26,661 nt of DNA from a virus (lineage: Duplodnaviria > Caudoviricetes), in IMG/VR virus record IMGVR_UViG_3300022890_000430, positions 1 to 26,661 of that record; one strand, written 5' to 3'. Below the pieces are notes generated by a model. The model saw nothing but the letters and a program-made list of their open reading frames with translations, did no database searches and was not told where the DNA came from. Positions 17,930 through 26,105 of this stretch are shown one piece after another. A program made the translations under genes and the position numbers. Each line of letters begins with the position of its first letter. Within the stretch, counting starts at the first letter, position 1.

Positions 17930-19408
17930 ATGGCAGATAAAGACACAACAGCAGAATTGAAGAAGAGGGTGGACCAGCTAGATGAGATGTTTGTGGCAAA
18001 CACAATTCTCTCTAGGGCACAAATGGCGAGGAAGTTTCTAGACCCTCGCCGAAACCTCGATGATGAGTGTGGGCTGCCCACAACCTCAACGATCACAATC
18101 GATAATTACAAGCAACTCTATGACAGAGTAGCAATAGCCAAGCGGTCTGTGGGATTGCTCCCCGACGAATCTTGGATGGTACAGCCTACTGTCTATGAGA
18201 CGGAAGACGTAGACGAAGAGACTCCGTTTGAAAAGGCTTGGAGAGACCTAAGCATCACACCACAGAAAAGTTCTTGGTATAGAACAGAGAAGGGGCACCC
18301 AATCTGGGAGAGACTACGGAGAGGAGATGAACTGAGTGGGATTGGCCGGTATGGTATTCTGTTGCTAGGTATTGATGATGGTAAGCCCTTGGTTGAACCT
18401 GTTGAAGGCATTGGTGAAGATGGACAAGCAACAGGATCAAATACTCCTCAACGAAAGCTTTTGTATGTGCGCGCTTTCGATGAATCTCAATGTCCCGTTA
18501 GTGCTTGGGAAAAGGATGTGGCCAATCCTCGTTACGGACAACCTATTCAATATTCTGTTAGCTTCGCTGATCCCAGTGGAACGGGTACAAGAGAAGGGGC
18601 ATTGGTAAACAAGCAAGAGGTCCATTGGACCAGGGTAGTTCATCTAGCTGACAATCGAGGTAGCAGCGAAGTGTTTGGAGTGCCTCGCCTTCTCCCAATC
18701 TACGACAATATTCTTGGCTTACGCAAGTTGTATTGCGCTAGTCCTGAAATGTACTATCGTGGAGCCTTTCCCGGACTCTCTCTTGAAACTCACCCTTCCC
18801 TGGGAGGTGATGTCAATATTGACAAGGAAGCTTTGCAGGGGCAGATGGAGGCCTATACGAACAGCCTCCAACGGTACTTCGTGACTAAGGGATTACAAGC
18901 CAAGAGCCTAGCACCACAGGTTGTTGATCCTACTCCGCAAATCGATGCTCAAATCCAAGCTATCTGCATTTACCACGATTGTCCTAAGAGGATATTCATG
19001 GGAAGTGAACGTGGAGAGCTGGCTTCCTCTCAAGACGACGGGTCTTGGAATGATAATCTAGCCTATAGGCAAAACTATTATCTCACGCCCTGCATAATCA
19101 GTCCTGTCGTTGATCGACTCATTGCAATGCGAGTGCTACCCGTTCCCTCAGATGGCTATGAAGTAACTTGGCCAGACTTAGGATCTATCAGTGCAGAAGT
19201 CAAAGCCGATATTGCTGTCAAAAGGACAGAGGCAATGGCAAAGTACATCCAGGGCAGTGTAGAGGGACTGATGGGTGAGCTAGACTTCTTGACTCGTGTG
19301 CTGGAAATTCCCGTAGATGAGGCAGAGGAAATTCTCAAAGACGCAACACCCCTAGAAGATTTGCGGTTGGAAGAAGAACCAAACAAGGAAGCACCTTCAG
19401 GAGAATAA
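17930..19408 (+). CDS. Portal protein (DUF1073-like)
   Basis: 492 aa directly after terL; P.YGQP..Y, VHWTRVVH, G.P.L, PKRIFMGSERGELASSQD. Confidence 0.85.
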   Translation: MADKDTTAELKKRVDQLDEMFVANTILSRAQMARKFLDPRRNLDDECGLPTTSTITIDNYKQLYDRVAIAKRSVGLLPDESWMVQPTVYETEDVDEETPFEKAWRDLSITPQKSSWYRTEKGHPIWERLRRGDELSGIGRYGILLLGIDDGKPLVEPVEGIGEDGQATGSNTPQRKLLYVRAFDESQCPVSAWEKDVANPRYGQPIQYSVSFADPSGTGTREGALVNKQEVHWTRVVHLADNRGSSEVFGVPRLLPIYDNILGLRKLYCASPEMYYRGAFPGLSLETHPSLGGDVNIDKEALQGQMEAYTNSLQRYFVTKGLQAKSLAPQVVDPTPQIDAQIQAICIYHDCPKRIFMGSERGELASSQDDGSWNDNLAYRQNYYLTPCIISPVVDRLIAMRVLPVPSDGYEVTWPDLGSISAEVKADIAVKRTEAMAKYIQGSVEGLMGELDFLTRVLEIPVDEAEEILKDATPLEDLRLEEEPNKEAPSGE

Positions 19409-19410
19409 CC

Positions 19411-19767
19411 ATGAGTTGCAAAGACGTAACAGAGAAGGACAAACTAGAGATTATTGAGAAGTACAAGTCTGGGGAATCCTTGTACAAGCTGAGTAGAAGG
19501 TTCGGGTGTTCGGGGACTTTTATTCGCAATATCCTAGTGGATGCTGGAGTGCATGTCAGGAGCCTCATAGAGGCAGCTCATGCACGTGAATCCCAAGAGG
19601 ATACTGGAAGCTACATGCCTTGTCCTCAAGAGATACAGCGAAGGGCTGATGCGTTGAGGACATTGAGCCTCCGACAGAGTAGACAAATGGCAGGGCCTAA
19701 TGGAACAGTGCCCCCATCCATTCCTACATGCAAAATATTCCGTGGACCTAAGAAACCAATCAGGTAA
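19411..19767 (+). CDS. Small HTH protein
   Basis: IIEKYKSGESLYKLSRRFGCSGTFIRNIL HTH pattern; AGGAG SD. Confidence 0.7.
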   Translation: MSCKDVTEKDKLEIIEKYKSGESLYKLSRRFGCSGTFIRNILVDAGVHVRSLIEAAHARESQEDTGSYMPCPQEIQRRADALRTLSLRQSRQMAGPNGTVPPSIPTCKIFRGPKKPIR

Positions 19768-19772
19768 CTCCA

Positions 19773-21629
19773 ATGGCAGCAATACATCCGTTGAGAGCCG
19801 ATCCAACTAGATCAGCAACCCTCAGACGTAGGGCTTGTGAAAACATATCCGCGAGATTCAACCGAGTTAAGAGTGCAATAATCCAACTAGTGTTTGTGGA
19901 TGATGCTTTCGGTTTGAAGCCTTCCAACAGAGTAGACAACGAATTGACGGTAAACGTTCGTTGGCGATTCTCTACGGACTCCGCGAAGGTACGACAGTTC
20001 CAACAGTGGTTTGCTACTCAAGTCCAACAAGAGATTATTGCTAGTAGTGCTGCTCAATTGGAAACAGCTTACTACAAAAAGTTTGTGGAGGATGGGTACA
20101 AGAAGGGGGCTGGTCGTGCTTTCGATGATACGCGGAAGGCATCCCTGCACGATCAAGACAGCTTACGAGATTTCTACGCTGGCTCTAAGGACGAGTTTCT
20201 ACGCTCCTCGTTTGCACAACCTATAGCCATCGACAAAATCAAACAGATAACCGGCCGCGTCTATACTGACCTCAAGGGTGTAGACGCATCCATGGCGAGT
20301 AGGATTACCAGAACACTTGCAGATGGGTTAGCCCAAGGAGCAAATCCCCGCACGATTGCAAGAGGCATGGTTAAGACATTAGATATGGGGAAGACACGCG
20401 CGTTGACTATTGCACGCACGGAGATTATACGCGCGCACGCTGAGGGGCAACTAGACGCGATGGACAAGATGGGGGTTGCTCAGGTAGGCGTAATGGTGGA
20501 ATGGAGTGCTGCATACGATGACAGAACTTGTCCTCTATGTGCTGATATGGATGGTGTAGTTCTTACTCTCAAGGAAGCAAGAGGGATAATTCCTCGTCAT
20601 CCTAACGCTGTTTTTGGTCCTTCAACCTTTGTATCTTACGGTGAGTGCCTTGAGGCGGTTCGGGCTTACTACAGCGGTCCTTGTGTCATACTGTACGCAT
20701 CCGGGGGAGGGGAACATAGGACGACCATCGGCCCTAATCACCCAATGATGACCGCTCGGGGTATGGTTCGCGCCAAGGAAATCAGAGAAGGCGATAAGGT
20801 ACTCTATGACCTTCGGCAAGATCAAGGTTTTACCCCGGGCGTTTACAACAAACAGATTCCAACATCCCAAGACGTATTTGAGACGATTCTTTCTGTTTGC
20901 CGAGACTCTCTTATTTCCTCCCCCAGTCACGATCTCCACGGCGACAGGGTATTCTGTGAGGGTGAAGTCCAAGCAATATGTCCCACAAGGGGTTTGTTGC
21001 CCATAAGAAATCCCAGCGGAATCGAGAAACTCCGCGAAGACCTCCTCTTGTGGCCCGATCCCAATTCCAAGACGGTGGCGGGTTTCCGCCCGGGCCTTCT
21101 TGGTTGCTGTACTGTCCTTTTGCCCTCTACGGGCGGCGTGGGCGGCTCTGACTCTTGGGTTGCTGCTGATAATCATTTCGTCTGGCTCTCTGTCGAAAAA
21201 GTAGAGTTAGGTAACTACTATGGCCTTGCATTTGATTATACCACAGAAAGTAGCCTCTATTGTAGCGATGGATTTGTAGTTAGTAACTGTCGTTGCGCAT
21301 TTATGCCAGCCAATGTGGGAGAAGACACCAAGAAACAGAAGCGCACACAAAAAGAAGTTCAAGGAGCTATCGACAAGAACATCAGACAAGAAATCCCCCA
21401 AGGAAGAATGATTAAGGGGCAAGGCCGACGCTACAAAGATCCAGAGACAGGAAGGTTCACTAAGAAAACCAAGCGCACTCTAGCTGAACAGAAGGCACGT
21501 AGCAACTGGGCAGGAGCCGATGTACGCATAGCCAAGGTACGTCCCAAGAGTATCCTAGACAAGCCTACACTACCCAAGCCAAGAGTAACGAAGATCCAAC
21601 CCGCTAAACTGGAGCCAACCAAGCAATGA
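19773..21629 (+). CDS. Head morphogenesis protein (Mu gpF / SPP1 gp7 family), intein-containing
   Basis: RA.TIARTE..RAH..G, W....D.RTCPLC, and an IPRHPN/CRC motif split by an insertion; located downstream of the portal. Confidence 0.9.
   Translation: MAAIHPLRADPTRSATLRRRACENISARFNRVKSAIIQLVFVDDAFGLKPSNRVDNELTVNVRWRFSTDSAKVRQFQQWFATQVQQEIIASSAAQLETAYYKKFVEDGYKKGAGRAFDDTRKASLHDQDSLRDFYAGSKDEFLRSSFAQPIAIDKIKQITGRVYTDLKGVDASMASRITRTLADGLAQGANPRTIARGMVKTLDMGKTRALTIARTEIIRAHAEGQLDAMDKMGVAQVGVMVEWSAAYDDRTCPLCADMDGVVLTLKEARGIIPRHPNAVFGPSTFVSYGECLEAVRAYYSGPCVILYASGGGEHRTTIGPNHPMMTARGMVRAKEIREGDKVLYDLRQDQGFTPGVYNKQIPTSQDVFETILSVCRDSLISSPSHDLHGDRVFCEGEVQAICPTRGLLPIRNPSGIEKLREDLLLWPDPNSKTVAGFRPGLLGCCTVLLPSTGGVGGSDSWVAADNHFVWLSVEKVELGNYYGLAFDYTTESSLYCSDGFVVSNCRCAFMPANVGEDTKKQKRTQKEVQGAIDKNIRQEIPQGRMIKGQGRRYKDPETGRFTKKTKRTLAEQKARSNWAGADVRIAKVRPKSILDKPTLPKPRVTKIQPAKLEPTKQ
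20622..21176 (-). CDS. Putative Vsr/DUF559-like (PD-(D/E)XK) homing endonuclease, antisense inside the intein
   Basis: Basic N-terminus (AAHAARRGQK.S), then E..FAEFLDSAGI.Y..Q..CG.Y.LDF......VAVEI.GGG.....NR..R.KYV..W. The 184-codon ORF is wholly contained in the intein. Confidence 0.78.
   Translation of the reverse strand: MIISSNPRVRAAHAARRGQKDSTATKKARAETRHRLGIGIGPQEEVFAEFLDSAGISYGQQTPCGTYCLDFTLTEYPVAVEIVTGGGNKRVSANRKNRLKYVLGCWNLFVVNARGKTLILPKVIEYLIAFSDFLGANHTPSGHHWVIRADGRPMFPSPGCVQYDTRTAVVSPNRLKALTVRYKG
21235..21243 (-). promoter_or_regulatory. Extended -10 promoter (TGGTATAAT) upstream of the antisense endonuclease
   Basis: Reverse complement of ATTATACCA in the block-F codons (GAT TAT ACC ACA); 58 nt upstream of ATG 21176. 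Confidence 0.6.
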
Positions 21630-21910
21630 CCCAACGAATAACGCCCACACACCGTAGACTCTTGAAGGTGCTTGGAGATGGAGAGCCTCACACCCGAGAG
21701 GAATTGATGACTTGCCTTTCGGATGAGCTAGGCAATCCCACAACTGTCAATGTACACTTAGCCAGACTCCGCCCGCTGTTGCGCGCTCAGGGAGAAGACG
21801 TATTATGTGTTTGGACCAAACGCCAGAGGATGTATCAATGGATTAAGAAGCTGGTATTCATTCCGTTGAGTCATCCCCCAATCGATCCCAAAGAAGCCTC
21901 AGCAGGATAG
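21626..21910 (+). CDS. Winged-helix DNA-binding protein
   Basis: LLKVLGDGEPHTREEL...TVNVHLARLR pattern; ATGA coupling. Confidence 0.75.
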   Translation: MTQRITPTHRRLLKVLGDGEPHTREELMTCLSDELGNPTTVNVHLARLRPLLRAQGEDVLCVWTKRQRMYQWIKKLVFIPLSHPPIDPKEASAG

Positions 21911-22217
21911 CTTCCAATCCCTCTCAGTCTTTTGTCTCGCCTCGTCTAATCCCATTCTCTTGCCTTGTCTAAGCCTAGGCCCCCCGCTATAGCCTTCTAT
22001 ACCCCCCGCTATAGCCTCTTCTCTGCAAGGCCCTAAGCCCTCGCCTAAGCCCTTGGGTGCGTTTAGCCCCTAAATTACTAGGCTAGAGGCTAGCAAGGCC
22101 CTACAGACCCCTTCTCGGCTGCCCTGGGGGGTATCTGGGGCTTTTCCGCAAGGCTGTAGGGCTAATTCTTGGGAAACGTGCTATGGATGCTCACCTATTG
22201 CGCGTAGGTTAGCAGGC
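21911..22217. repeat. Repeat-rich non-coding spacer
   Basis: CCCCCCGCTATAGCCT at 21980 and 22002; CCTAAGCCCT twice; inverted pairs GCCCTACAG (22098) / CTGTAGGGC (22154) and ATACCCCCC (21999) / GGGGGGTAT (22126). Confidence 0.7.
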
Positions 22218-23396
22218 ATGATAACTCTAGTAGCAAATCTGACTGGCTCCGTTCGCAAGGAAATTCTCTTTGGCCGTGAGCATCTTGTTGCTCCCATGAC
22301 GTTGATTGTTGAGGGTATTCTCAATGGCAGTCAGGGCCTTTTGTACTACCCAGCTGATGAGATAGCCGCCAACGTAGCAGCGTGGGATGGGATGCCATTG
22401 GTAATTCGTCATCCGTATAAAGATGGCAAAGCTATCTCGGCACGCAACGCAACTACTCTGGAAAGTCAAGGCGTTGGGACTGTCCTTAACACTAAGGCCC
22501 AAGACGGGAAGTTGAAAGCAGAGAGTTGGTTTGATGTGGAGCGGATGAAAGCAATTGCCCCAATCACCTATAACAATCTTGAAGCAGGTAGACCCGTTGA
22601 ATTAAGTACCGGGCTGTTCACGGAAAATGTACCCGCTGAAGATGGGGCTGTCTGGAACGGAGTACCTTACCGATTTGTAGCCCGAAACTACCGCCCAGAT
22701 CACGTAGCTGTACTACCAGATCAAAGAGGGGCATGTTCTGTGGCTGACGGCTGCGGAATTAACATAAACCGAAACACGAAGGAGAGTAGCATGGATAAGG
22801 ATGAACGCAAAAAGATCATCGAAGGTCTGATTGCCAATTCTTGTTGTTGGGATGCTGAGGATCGGGGAGAGCTAGAGAAGCTCACTGACAATCAGTTGAC
22901 CAAGGTAAAGCAGCAAGCCGACAAGAGCGATCAGCAAGAGGCTGTTCACAATGAGGCAGTCAAGGGCTTTACCGATCCGGGTGGCAACGACCATACCTGG
23001 AATGTGAAGACTAAGGCTTGGGAAACTAAGGTCAAGAAGACCGGAGAGAAACCCAAGGAGAAGCCTGTTGTCAACGAGACTAAGGCCAAGCCGATTACGG
23101 AAGAGGACTTGCCTCAGACTATGCGTGAGCAACTTTCGTTTGCGCGTACTGAAATGGAACGGCAGAAGGCAGAGTTGGTGGACAACCTTACGGCTAATGT
23201 GGCTGATGAGTCTAAAGAGGCTTTGACGGCTACGTTGAATACCAAGAGTCTAGAGGACTTGCGGTCTCTGTCTGTATTGGTTCCGAAGAAGGAAGAGACA
23301 ACCCAGAACTTTTCTGGTGCTGCTGGCGGGGCCGGACAAACGAACAACCAAACAAAGAAACTCACCCCAGTAGGCTTGCCGAGTGAGTATCTTTAA
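22218..23396 (+). CDS. Prohead protease/scaffold (DUF2213-like)
   Basis: EG.LNG...YYP, P.V..HP, ELSTG, DHVAVL....GACS..DGCG, followed by a charged helical C-terminus; upstream of the capsid genes. Confidence 0.8.
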   Translation: MITLVANLTGSVRKEILFGREHLVAPMTLIVEGILNGSQGLLYYPADEIAANVAAWDGMPLVIRHPYKDGKAISARNATTLESQGVGTVLNTKAQDGKLKAESWFDVERMKAIAPITYNNLEAGRPVELSTGLFTENVPAEDGAVWNGVPYRFVARNYRPDHVAVLPDQRGACSVADGCGININRNTKESSMDKDERKKIIEGLIANSCCWDAEDRGELEKLTDNQLTKVKQQADKSDQQEAVHNEAVKGFTDPGGNDHTWNVKTKAWETKVKKTGEKPKEKPVVNETKAKPITEEDLPQTMREQLSFARTEMERQKAELVDNLTANVADESKEALTATLNTKSLEDLRSLSVLVPKKEETTQNFSGAAGGAGQTNNQTKKLTPVGLPSEYL

Positions 23397-23439
23397 GCTA
23401 CTAACCAATCAACAATCTGTTTGAGGAGAGGAAACAATT

Positions 23440-23949
23440 ATGAAAGGTACACGCATCCTAGCCGGTGCTGGCACGCGGGGAGTGTTTGAGGACATTTTTG
23501 TCACAGGCACACCAAAGCCAGGCACGGTGATGGAATTGGAACCTGACACGGCTGCTGTTGGTGGTGTATTCACCTACGCTGCCTATGGCACAGAAGCCTA
23601 CAGTAGTGGGAACTTCGTGGATAATGATGGCGACCGTAAGGCCATTGCAATCCTTCTAGAGAAGGACCAAGAGGGAAAGACTTATGACGATGCATACGCC
23701 GACGGCGATATGGGTCGTGTGTACTTCCCGGCTATGGGTGAAAAGGCCAACATGCTCGTAGAAAACCAAAGCGGAACTGGAGACAGTTTCGGTATCGGTG
23801 ATGAGCTGATGGTTGATAACGGGACTGGCAAGTTGATGGCTTGTGATACTGATGCTGAAGCGCATCCATTCACCTGCTTGGAAGTTGTCTCTGCCCTTAC
23901 TGCTGATGGTTGGGCTTACTGTCGATTCAACGGGGCTGGCGGTGCTTAA
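23440..23949 (+). CDS. Head decoration/cement protein
   Basis: Gly/Asp-rich 169-aa protein between scaffold and MCP; GAGGA SD. Confidence 0.6.
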   Translation: MKGTRILAGAGTRGVFEDIFVTGTPKPGTVMELEPDTAAVGGVFTYAAYGTEAYSSGNFVDNDGDRKAIAILLEKDQEGKTYDDAYADGDMGRVYFPAMGEKANMLVENQSGTGDSFGIGDELMVDNGTGKLMACDTDAEAHPFTCLEVVSALTADGWAYCRFNGAGGA

Positions 23950-23990
23950 CCCCCAAAACCTAACAAGATAACTCAATAGAGGAGAGTGAC

Positions 23991-25229
23991 ATGAGCTTTG
24001 GATTTGTTGACAATGTCGAGATTGACTTTGTCATGGGGGGAAAGCCTGAAGGCCCTACGGCTAATCGTTTCTCTGCCGTAGGCTATGATGCTGGATTGCT
24101 TCGCCCGATGATTATGGAGGACGGCCAAAAGTATTGCTGGATTGATTCTGGCAAGACTGAAGAGAAGATGGTCGTCAACAGTTTGACTGGTAAGGAAGAG
24201 AAGCGAATAGTTCCCCTCAGGGAAGCTATCCCGCTGCCCCGCCTGATTAGTAACGGAATGGTTCCGGCTACGTTCAACGCTTCTGCTTTGCCCTATCAGG
24301 CTTGGCAACGTATTGACTCGGCTGTTACCCGCGCAAGCCGTGATAGGCTATCTGCCTGGAACGATTTGGTTAGCGCAAACACCTATGGCGGGTTTGATGG
24401 GATGGCTACGCCCGGCATCATCAAGGATTCGGTTACTGATCCTGGCGATGCGAAAGTTGATATGGATACGTTATCCAACGATATCAATGATAGCCCTCTC
24501 TATACCCCGGATATTCTGCCCTTGCCGATTATCCATGCAGGGTTTGAGCTGTCTCAACGGCGATTGGCTTCTAGCCGAAATACTGGCATGCCATTGGATA
24601 CTAGCAACGCAGAGAGTTGTGGGCGTCGGGTATCGGAAACGCTAGAGAAGATGACGATTGGTGTGACGGACTTCTCTGACACCAAAATCGGAGACTCTAG
24701 CACGTTTTCCAATCGCGGTATCTATGGGTTCCGTACCCAGCCCGATAGGATTACCAAGACGGACGTGACCGCCTCGGGTAGTTTTGTGGCTGCTACGTTC
24801 TTGGCTAACGTCTTGGCTATGAAGGAGTTGGCTCGGGCTCAAAAGTTCTATGGTCCCTTTGTGCTGTATTACAGCACGAGTTGGGATCAATACCTGGATA
24901 CTGACTATGTCGTTGGTACTTCTGCTCAGGGCTATACGACCGTTGATAAGACGGTACGCCAGCGGATAGAAATGATCAACGGGATTAGTCGGGTTCAGAT
25001 GCTTGACTTTTTCACCAATACCGATGAGCTTCTCTTGGTTCAGATGTCCTCGGATACCGTGCGGGCTGTCATCGGTATGGATACGACTACGGTTCAGTGG
25101 GAAGAGCAAGGCGGAAGCCGAATGGTCTTCCGCGTGATGTGCATTAAGGTTCCCGACCTCCGTAGCCAGTACGTTGGCACCACTACATCTAGTCGCGTGA
25201 GTGGTATCGTTCATGGTACTACCTCCTAG
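23991..25229 (+). CDS. Major capsid protein (HK97 fold, encapsulin/linocin-M18-like type)
   Basis: 412 aa; W..ID.AV, PLPIIH..F....R.L..SR....PLD, YG....P.R and FYGPF.LY motifs; position in the head operon. Confidence 0.85.
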   Translation: MSFGFVDNVEIDFVMGGKPEGPTANRFSAVGYDAGLLRPMIMEDGQKYCWIDSGKTEEKMVVNSLTGKEEKRIVPLREAIPLPRLISNGMVPATFNASALPYQAWQRIDSAVTRASRDRLSAWNDLVSANTYGGFDGMATPGIIKDSVTDPGDAKVDMDTLSNDINDSPLYTPDILPLPIIHAGFELSQRRLASSRNTGMPLDTSNAESCGRRVSETLEKMTIGVTDFSDTKIGDSSTFSNRGIYGFRTQPDRITKTDVTASGSFVAATFLANVLAMKELARAQKFYGPFVLYYSTSWDQYLDTDYVVGTSAQGYTTVDKTVRQRIEMINGISRVQMLDFFTNTDELLLVQMSSDTVRAVIGMDTTTVQWEEQGGSRMVFRVMCIKVPDLRSQYVGTTTSSRVSGIVHGTTS

Positions 25230-25253
25230 CGTTTGTGTGTGGGTTTGGGCTTA

Positions 25254-25295
25254 GACTCTCGGCAGTCTCTTTCCCCAGGGAGGCTGTCGAGAGTC
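25254..25295 (+). terminator. Long stem-loop downstream of the MCP gene (terminator or mRNA stabiliser)
   Basis: GACTCTCGGCAGTCTC...GAGGCTGTCGAGAGTC pairs with G-U wobbles; there is no clear U-tract. Confidence 0.5.
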
Positions 25296-25326
25296 ACTAT
25301 AATCTGGGGAATTTTAGGAGCGAATC

Positions 25327-25689
25327 ATGGAAACACAAACGAAGTCTGAAAAGACCTTCTTCTTCGAGCTGTTGAGCGGAGTCCATAGCGAAGGACTAGA
25401 CGCCAACGGTGGCCCCCGAATCTATGAGCCAGGGGATGTAATCCAAACAACAAGAGACCTTGGGTTATTGAACTATCCTGGGATGAACCCAAGATATAAG
25501 GAAGTGGAGGAGCCTATTGTTGAACCTTCTCTTCCTGGAGAAAAAACGGCAAAGACCAATCCTTCAGGGGGTTGGGAAGCTATGACTGTAGCAGAGTTGA
25601 GAAGCTTGGCAGCTGAAGAGGAAATTGATCTTAGGGATGCCACAAAGAAGAATGAGATTATCAGCCTCATACGGGGAGTGTTAAGCTGA
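25327..25689 (+). CDS. Protein with C-terminal Rho-N/HeH-like helical motif
   Basis: MTVAELRSLA.E..IDL....KK.EII; AGGAG SD; a common gene type after MCP. Confidence 0.7.
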   Translation: METQTKSEKTFFFELLSGVHSEGLDANGGPRIYEPGDVIQTTRDLGLLNYPGMNPRYKEVEEPIVEPSLPGEKTAKTNPSGGWEAMTVAELRSLAAEEEIDLRDATKKNEIISLIRGVLS

Positions 25690-26105
25690 TGGCAATTCGT
25701 ACCACTGCCACAACCGTTGGGGGAATTATTGAGGTAGACTCCAACGTATCCGTTTCTCCTATGATCGACGTAGCTAATGAGTTGGTCGATAAGGTAGCAA
25801 CAAACGACACTAATGGTGTAATGACTGTTGGTATGTTGCGGCATTTGGAAACATACTTGGCAGCATACTTCTACGCTATCCGTTGTCAGCAATACAAGGA
25901 GAAGAAAACTGGAGACGCCTCCGCAAGTTTCCAAGTAGGTGAGAGTGGTAAGGGTTGTTTTGACGCAAACGATTGGGGACGAACGGCGATGATGTTGGAT
26001 TTGACGGGATACCTTCGCAAGCTCAACAACGGAATAGTGAATGTGGGACTCGATTGGTTGGGATTGCCTCCTAGTTCACAAACCGATTATGTGGACCGTG
26101 ACTAA
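25689..26105 (+). CDS. Head-tail adaptor/connector protein
   Basis: LE.YLAA.F, WG..AM.LD.TG.L; position after MCP. Confidence 0.7.
   Translation: MAIRTTATTVGGIIEVDSNVSVSPMIDVANELVDKVATNDTNGVMTVGMLRHLETYLAAYFYAIRCQQYKEKKTGDASASFQVGESGKGCFDANDWGRTAMMLDLTGYLRKLNNGIVNVGLDWLGLPPSSQTDYVDRD

Larger units (their letters stand above)
20607..21287 (+). mobile_element. Non-canonical intein (227 aa; Ala1, terminal Ser-Asn, +1 Cys; KlbA/class 2-like) carrying an antisense endonuclease gene
   Basis: Removing AVFGP...VVSN restores HPNCRC. Block B is TIGPNHPMMT.RG.V.A.EI.EGD; blocks F/G are YYGLAFDYTTESSLY...GFVVSN. Confidence 0.85.

Noticed and set aside
17930-19408. Anti-CBASS Acb1 label sometimes given to this family
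   Set aside because: Size and position indicate a portal protein, and no phosphodiesterase HxT/S pair domain is evident.
21911-22217. CRISPR mini-array or tRNA
   Set aside because: The repeats are only 10-16 bp with very short spacing, and no cloverleaf or T-loop consensus was seen.
24642-25214. 190-aa minus-strand ORF inside the MCP gene
   Set aside because: No recognisable motif, SD or promoter, and not associated with an insertion; most likely a codon-bias shadow, unlike 20622-21176.
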